Shown: positions 60,776 through 64,000 of the stretch, piece after piece | Layout of the letters: every line of letters starts with the position of its first letter | Position numbering within the stretch: the stretch's first letter is position 1 | From: Gaiellaceae bacterium | GTDB lineage: Bacteria > Actinomycetota > Thermoleophilia > Gaiellales > Gaiellaceae | Reading direction: 5' to 3' | DNA length: 64,000 bases | Assembly: GCA_036259875.1 (NCBI GenBank) | Contig: DATAAZ010000024.1 | Location: forward strand, 7,997-71,996 | The notes under the pieces: generated by a model | What the model was told of the DNA's origin: nothing | Databases searched by the model: none | What the model saw: the letters and a program-made list of their open reading frames with translations, nothing else | Position numbers and translations under genes: made by a program

Positions 60776-62142
60776 GCGCGGGCCGCGGGGTCGTTCGCGA
60801 GCGCGGACGCGGGGACGGGCGGCAGGACCTCGTCCGGGAGCCGGTACGAGCGAAACGCCAGGTACGCGATCCCGACGAGGACCGCTGCGGCCGGCCCGAC
60901 GAGGCGGATCCCGAGCGGATCCTCGGCCGTGTTCCCGAGGGTCAGCAGGCCGGCGAGGAAGAGGGGGGCGAGCGAGGTCGCCGTCTTCTCGACGAAGTTC
61001 TGGGCGCCGTAGAAGGTCGCCTCGCGCCGCATTCCCGTCCGCAGGCCGTCGTCGTCCACGATGTCCGCGGTGAGCGTCGCCGGGAAGAGGTAGACCCCGG
61101 CGAGCGGAGCGCCGACGACGGCCATCACGATGAGCACCTGCACCTCGAGCGGGATCCCCGGCACGAAACCGGCGAACGCGAAGATTGGGAACACGAGCGC
61201 GGAGGCGAGCATCGCGAGGCTGTACGCCTCGCGCTTCGAGCGGCGCCGTGCGACGAGCGTGAAGAGCGGGACGGCCGCGACGGCCGAGCCGAGCGCCACC
61301 GCCGCCAGAACGTGGACCTTGCCCACCCACGTCCCGCGCTCCTCGAGCACCGCGTCCACGTAGTACGGAAGCACGCCGAGGAGCATCTGCAGGCTGATCT
61401 GGAAGAGGACGAACGTCGGCAGGAAGACGAGGAACGAGACGTTGGAGAACGTCACGCCGAGCGACTCCCGGAGCGAGAGCACGACGGGCGGCTGAGTCCG
61501 GCTCGCGTGGCGCCACACGCCGATCATCCCGAGGTAGCGGAACGCGAGCGCGAGTGCGGCCATGACGAGCGCCATCGCACGAAAGCCGAACCGGTCGATC
61601 AGGAGGTCCGAGCCGATCAGGCCGACCGCGCCTCCCGCGGCGCCGAAGTAGACGCGGATTCCGACGATGTCGACCCGGTCGCGGCTCGTCCTCGCGATCT
61701 CCGGGAGGAGCGCCTCGTACGGTCCCCCTGAGAGCGTCGAGAACAGGAAGAAGAGCTCCAGCGTGACGAAGAGGTACACGGCGGTGACGGCGGTACCCGC
61801 GTTCGGAGGCGGCGTGAAGACGAGGAAGGCGAAGAGCGCGGACGGCGGCGTCGCGGCGAGGACGAAGGGCAGGCGTCGGCCGAGACGCGAGCGCGTTCGG
61901 TCGCTCCAGTAGCCGATCAGCGCATCGTCCACGGACTCGATCAGTCGCCCGGCCGTGAGAAGCACGCCGACGAGCCCAAGCGGTAGCAGCTGCTCGAGCT
62001 CGGCGTCCTTCGGCGGCGCGTAGTAGTAGAGAAGCCAGAGACCCCGGCTCTGGGTGAGCGCCTCGCCGCCGAGACTGCTCGACGCGTAGAGGACCTTCGC
62101 GCGGATCGGGAGCCGGGGCGGTGACGCCGCGAGCTCGGTCAA
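60772..62142 (-). CDS. GPH/MFS-type (glycoside-pentoside-hexuronide-like) transporter
   Basis: TTG 62142 overlaps the upstream stop (TTGA); 456 aa. KVLYASSSLGGEAL, DALIGYWSDRTRSRLGRRLPF and about 12 TM segments are present. Confidence 0.8.
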   Translation of the reverse strand: MTELAASPPRLPIRAKVLYASSSLGGEALTQSRGLWLLYYYAPPKDAELEQLLPLGLVGVLLTAGRLIESVDDALIGYWSDRTRSRLGRRLPFVLAATPPSALFAFLVFTPPPNAGTAVTAVYLFVTLELFFLFSTLSGGPYEALLPEIARTSRDRVDIVGIRVYFGAAGGAVGLIGSDLLIDRFGFRAMALVMAALALAFRYLGMIGVWRHASRTQPPVVLSLRESLGVTFSNVSFLVFLPTFVLFQISLQMLLGVLPYYVDAVLEERGTWVGKVHVLAAVALGSAVAAVPLFTLVARRRSKREAYSLAMLASALVFPIFAFAGFVPGIPLEVQVLIVMAVVGAPLAGVYLFPATLTADIVDDDGLRTGMRREATFYGAQNFVEKTATSLAPLFLAGLLTLGNTAEDPLGIRLVGPAAAVLVGIAYLAFRSYRLPDEVLPPVPASALANDPAARA

Positions 62143-62906
62143 CGTGGGAGTTCGATCGCAGCGGGATGGGCCCGCGCCGCCTCGTAGCCCTGCTCGGCTC
62201 CCGGGAGGCCGAGCACGCCTGCGAGCGAGGCGAGAAGGTCGCCCGCCCGCGGAAGCTCGTCCGGGCTGCGTGCGGTGCGGGCGGTCTCGCGGATCGCCTC
62301 CGCGTCCGTCCCCGTGAGACGCGCCACAAGCCGGGGGTTCGCGCCGAGCGCGATCACCTCGCCGGGCGGAAGAGGTCCGTAGTACTCCGGCACGGAGAGG
62401 TACTCGTCGACCACCCGGCCGCGCTCCAGCGCGACGTAGCGAACGACGCGACCTTCCTCGGCGCCGAGAGCGAGCACAAAGGTGCCCATCCGGTCGGAGA
62501 GCTCCCGCGCGAGGCGGCGGAGCATCTCCGGCTCGCGGTCGCAGAGCTCGTCGTAGACGGACGTCCACCCGTCTTGGGGCGCGAGGACGACGCTCCCCTT
62601 CGAGCCACCGGGAAGCCTGGGGACGAACTGGCGGACGGCTCGAACGACGGCCTCGACGTCGTCCGACTGGACGTGGATCGAGCCGAACGAGGCCTCGCGC
62701 TCCGCGCCGAGGTGCTGCTCGATCCCGTTCACCGGCGCTACGAGGACGCGTGACAGCTCGCTGAACCCGGCCCGGATCCAGCCGTCGCCCGCCTCGTGCG
62801 TCGTTTCGACGACGATCTCGGCGGCCCCGTTCGCACGCGCCTCCTCGACGAGGCCGCGCAGGGTCTCCTCCGTCGGCGGCCCCTCGACGCGCGCGCGGTA
62901 GCTCAT
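62139..62906 (-). CDS. hypothetical protein (255 aa)
   Basis: Strong GC3 bias and a balanced, acidic cytoplasmic-type composition. It is coupled at both ends (ATGA and TTGA overlaps). Family not recognised. Confidence 0.6.
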   Translation of the reverse strand: MSYRARVEGPPTEETLRGLVEEARANGAAEIVVETTHEAGDGWIRAGFSELSRVLVAPVNGIEQHLGAEREASFGSIHVQSDDVEAVVRAVRQFVPRLPGGSKGSVVLAPQDGWTSVYDELCDREPEMLRRLARELSDRMGTFVLALGAEEGRVVRYVALERGRVVDEYLSVPEYYGPLPPGEVIALGANPRLVARLTGTDAEAIRETARTARSPDELPRAGDLLASLAGVLGLPGAEQGYEAARAHPAAIELPR

Positions 62907-63757
62907 CGGCGGAGAAGCCTAAGCCCGACCAGGAGGTAGTGCGCAGCGAGGTTCCGATGCCCCGCGAACCGGTCTCCGAACGTTCGGACCTCCTTTACCG
63001 ACGGGAGCCGGCCGTCGCCGCAGGGGCGCGACTTGTCTCGCCCGTAGAACGCCGCAACGGCTTTCCGCAAGCCCAGGTCGCCCGCCGGCCAGGCGTCGGG
63101 GCGAGCGAGGTAGCGGGCGAGGAACCAGTCCACGGTCCACTCGCCGACACCAGGGAGCGCCGTCAGTTCCCGTTTGACGTCCGCGTCGGAGAGCACCGCG
63201 AGCGTCGCGAAGTCGAGCGGTGCCCGCGCGAGGGCGACGACGTACTCGGCTTTTCGCCTCGAGAAGCCGAGCGCGCGAAGCTCTGCGGGATCGGCGCGCG
63301 CGAGCCGCTCGCGCGTGGGGAACGCCCAGGCGTGCTCGTGCCGCCGGCCGAAGGCGCGGACCAGGCGCGCGCGGATCGCGAGTGCCGCCCGAAGTGAGAT
63401 CTGCTGCGTGGTGACCGACCCCACGAGCGCCTCGAACGGGTCGGGCGCAAGCGTCGGACGAAGGCCGTGAAGCCGTTCGACGAGCTCGGCGAGAACGGGG
63501 TCCGCGGTCGCCGCGAAGCGGGCGAAGCCGTCCAGGTCGAACTCGCCGCCGAGGAAGCGGCGGACGGGCGCGACGAGGTTCCGATCGTCGGGCGCGACGC
63601 GCACGCCGCTCCGGGCGGACTCGATCCGCGCCTCGCGCCCGCCGAAGACGCGGTAGAGGCGACCGTCGTCCCACACGTTCGCCGGGTCGGGACCAAACGC
63701 GCGGAAGCGCTCGGTCGAGAGTTCCCAGTCGAACGGAGCGGGCAGCGGGATGAGCAC
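62903..63757 (-). CDS. alkA: DNA-3-methyladenine glycosylase II (AlkA-like, HhH-GPD)
   Basis: 284 aa from GTG 63757. VTTQQISLRAA, the HhH-GPD region LTALPGVGEWTVDWFL and the catalytic-Asp region WPAGDLGLRK are present. Confidence 0.85.
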   Translation of the reverse strand: MLIPLPAPFDWELSTERFRAFGPDPANVWDDGRLYRVFGGREARIESARSGVRVAPDDRNLVAPVRRFLGGEFDLDGFARFAATADPVLAELVERLHGLRPTLAPDPFEALVGSVTTQQISLRAALAIRARLVRAFGRRHEHAWAFPTRERLARADPAELRALGFSRRKAEYVVALARAPLDFATLAVLSDADVKRELTALPGVGEWTVDWFLARYLARPDAWPAGDLGLRKAVAAFYGRDKSRPCGDGRLPSVKEVRTFGDRFAGHRNLAAHYLLVGLRLLRR

Positions 63758-63763
63758 GGTGTG

Positions 63764-63769
63764 AGGCTA
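63764..63769 (-). promoter_or_regulatory. candidate -10 hexamer (TAGCCT) 6 nt upstream of the alkA GTG
   Basis: The minus strand reads TAGCCT-cacacc-GTG. Confidence 0.35.
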
Positions 63770-63935
63770 GTTTCGGGCGTGCGGATTCGATTGTCTTGCG
63801 CTCCCGGACCGGCACCGTCCGCGACGCCCGTGCGTGGGCCGACGGCGTACGCTGACCGCGGGGGAACCCAACCCGGGGGTCCCTCGGGGCAAGCGCATCC
63901 GCGACGCCGCATCAGCCACGCGTATTGCCGCGGCG

Positions 63936-64000
63936 CTACGACGGCGCGAGCGGCGCTTTCTCGAGCCAGGCGAGCACCCGCTCGAGGTCGTCCGCGCCGC
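63936..64000 (-). CDS. 3' end of an unidentified gene (partial, runs off the window end)
   Basis: The minus-strand frame ...GADDLERVLAWLEKAPLAPS ends at TAG 63938-63936. It is too short to assign. Confidence 0.3.
   Translation of the reverse strand, partial: GADDLERVLAWLEKAPLAPS

Noticed and set aside
58901-62329. 1142-aa minus-strand ORF, the longest in the track
   Set aside because: It runs through three independently supported genes: in the wrong frame of the hydrolase at 58860-59573 and of the GPH transporter, and antisense to the hydrolase at 59576-60775. It is Arg/Pro/Ala/Gly-rich with no domain signature.
1-64000. Search for tRNA, rRNA, CRISPR repeats, IS elements/transposases, integrases or phage genes
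   Set aside because: I saw no T-arm-like GGTTCGAAT motifs in a tRNA-sized context. There are no regularly spaced direct repeats, no transposase or integrase-like translations, and no rRNA-like low-GC blocks.

Overview
Very GC-rich (about 70% by eye), extremely compact chromosomal segment with actinobacterial-type gene order: rplM-rpsI-glmM-glmS...acpS-nnr...alr, murI-rph-rdgB, guaB3-guaA, plus pyrF and pyrE. I call about 72 protein-coding genes, nearly all housekeeping. They include a purine-salvage/nucleoside-uptake cluster (two BMP-family binding proteins, ABC ATPase, two permeases, two adenine-deaminase paralogues, adenosine deaminase), cell-wall precursor genes (glmS, glmM, alr, murI, a D-Ala-D-Ala carboxypeptidase), nucleotide genes (guaA, guaB3, pyrE, pyrF, rdgB, rph), pabBC, lutBC, several transporters and a few unknowns. 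I found no rRNA, tRNA, CRISPR array, transposase or prophage gene. The many long Arg/Pro/Ala-rich ORFs in the six-frame track are shadow frames. Points worth a second look: (1) an AhpE-like peroxiredoxin has an in-frame UGA exactly at the peroxidatic Cys codon, followed by a SECIS-like hairpin, so it is a candidate selenoprotein that ORF callers truncate. (2) In five conserved genes (ABC permease, SDR, alr, adenylate cyclase, mgtC) conserved N-terminal motifs lie upstream of the first ATG/GTG/TTG, which implies CTG/ATT/ATC initiation, frameshifting or indel errors. (3) A TANNNT hexamer sits 5-8 nt upstream of many first-in-operon start codons, suggesting leaderless mRNAs; divergent genes have starts that touch or overlap. 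(4) A near-consensus LexA (Cheo/SOS) box overlaps the -10 of a DEDD-exonuclease/GIY-YIG gene. (5) About 340 nt of lower-GC, hairpin-rich DNA upstream of guaB3 is unannotated. (6) A translationally coupled operon encodes unknown protein, HDAC-like amidohydrolase, SDR and FIST protein, followed by topoisomerase IB. All family assignments come from reading the translations; no database search was possible.
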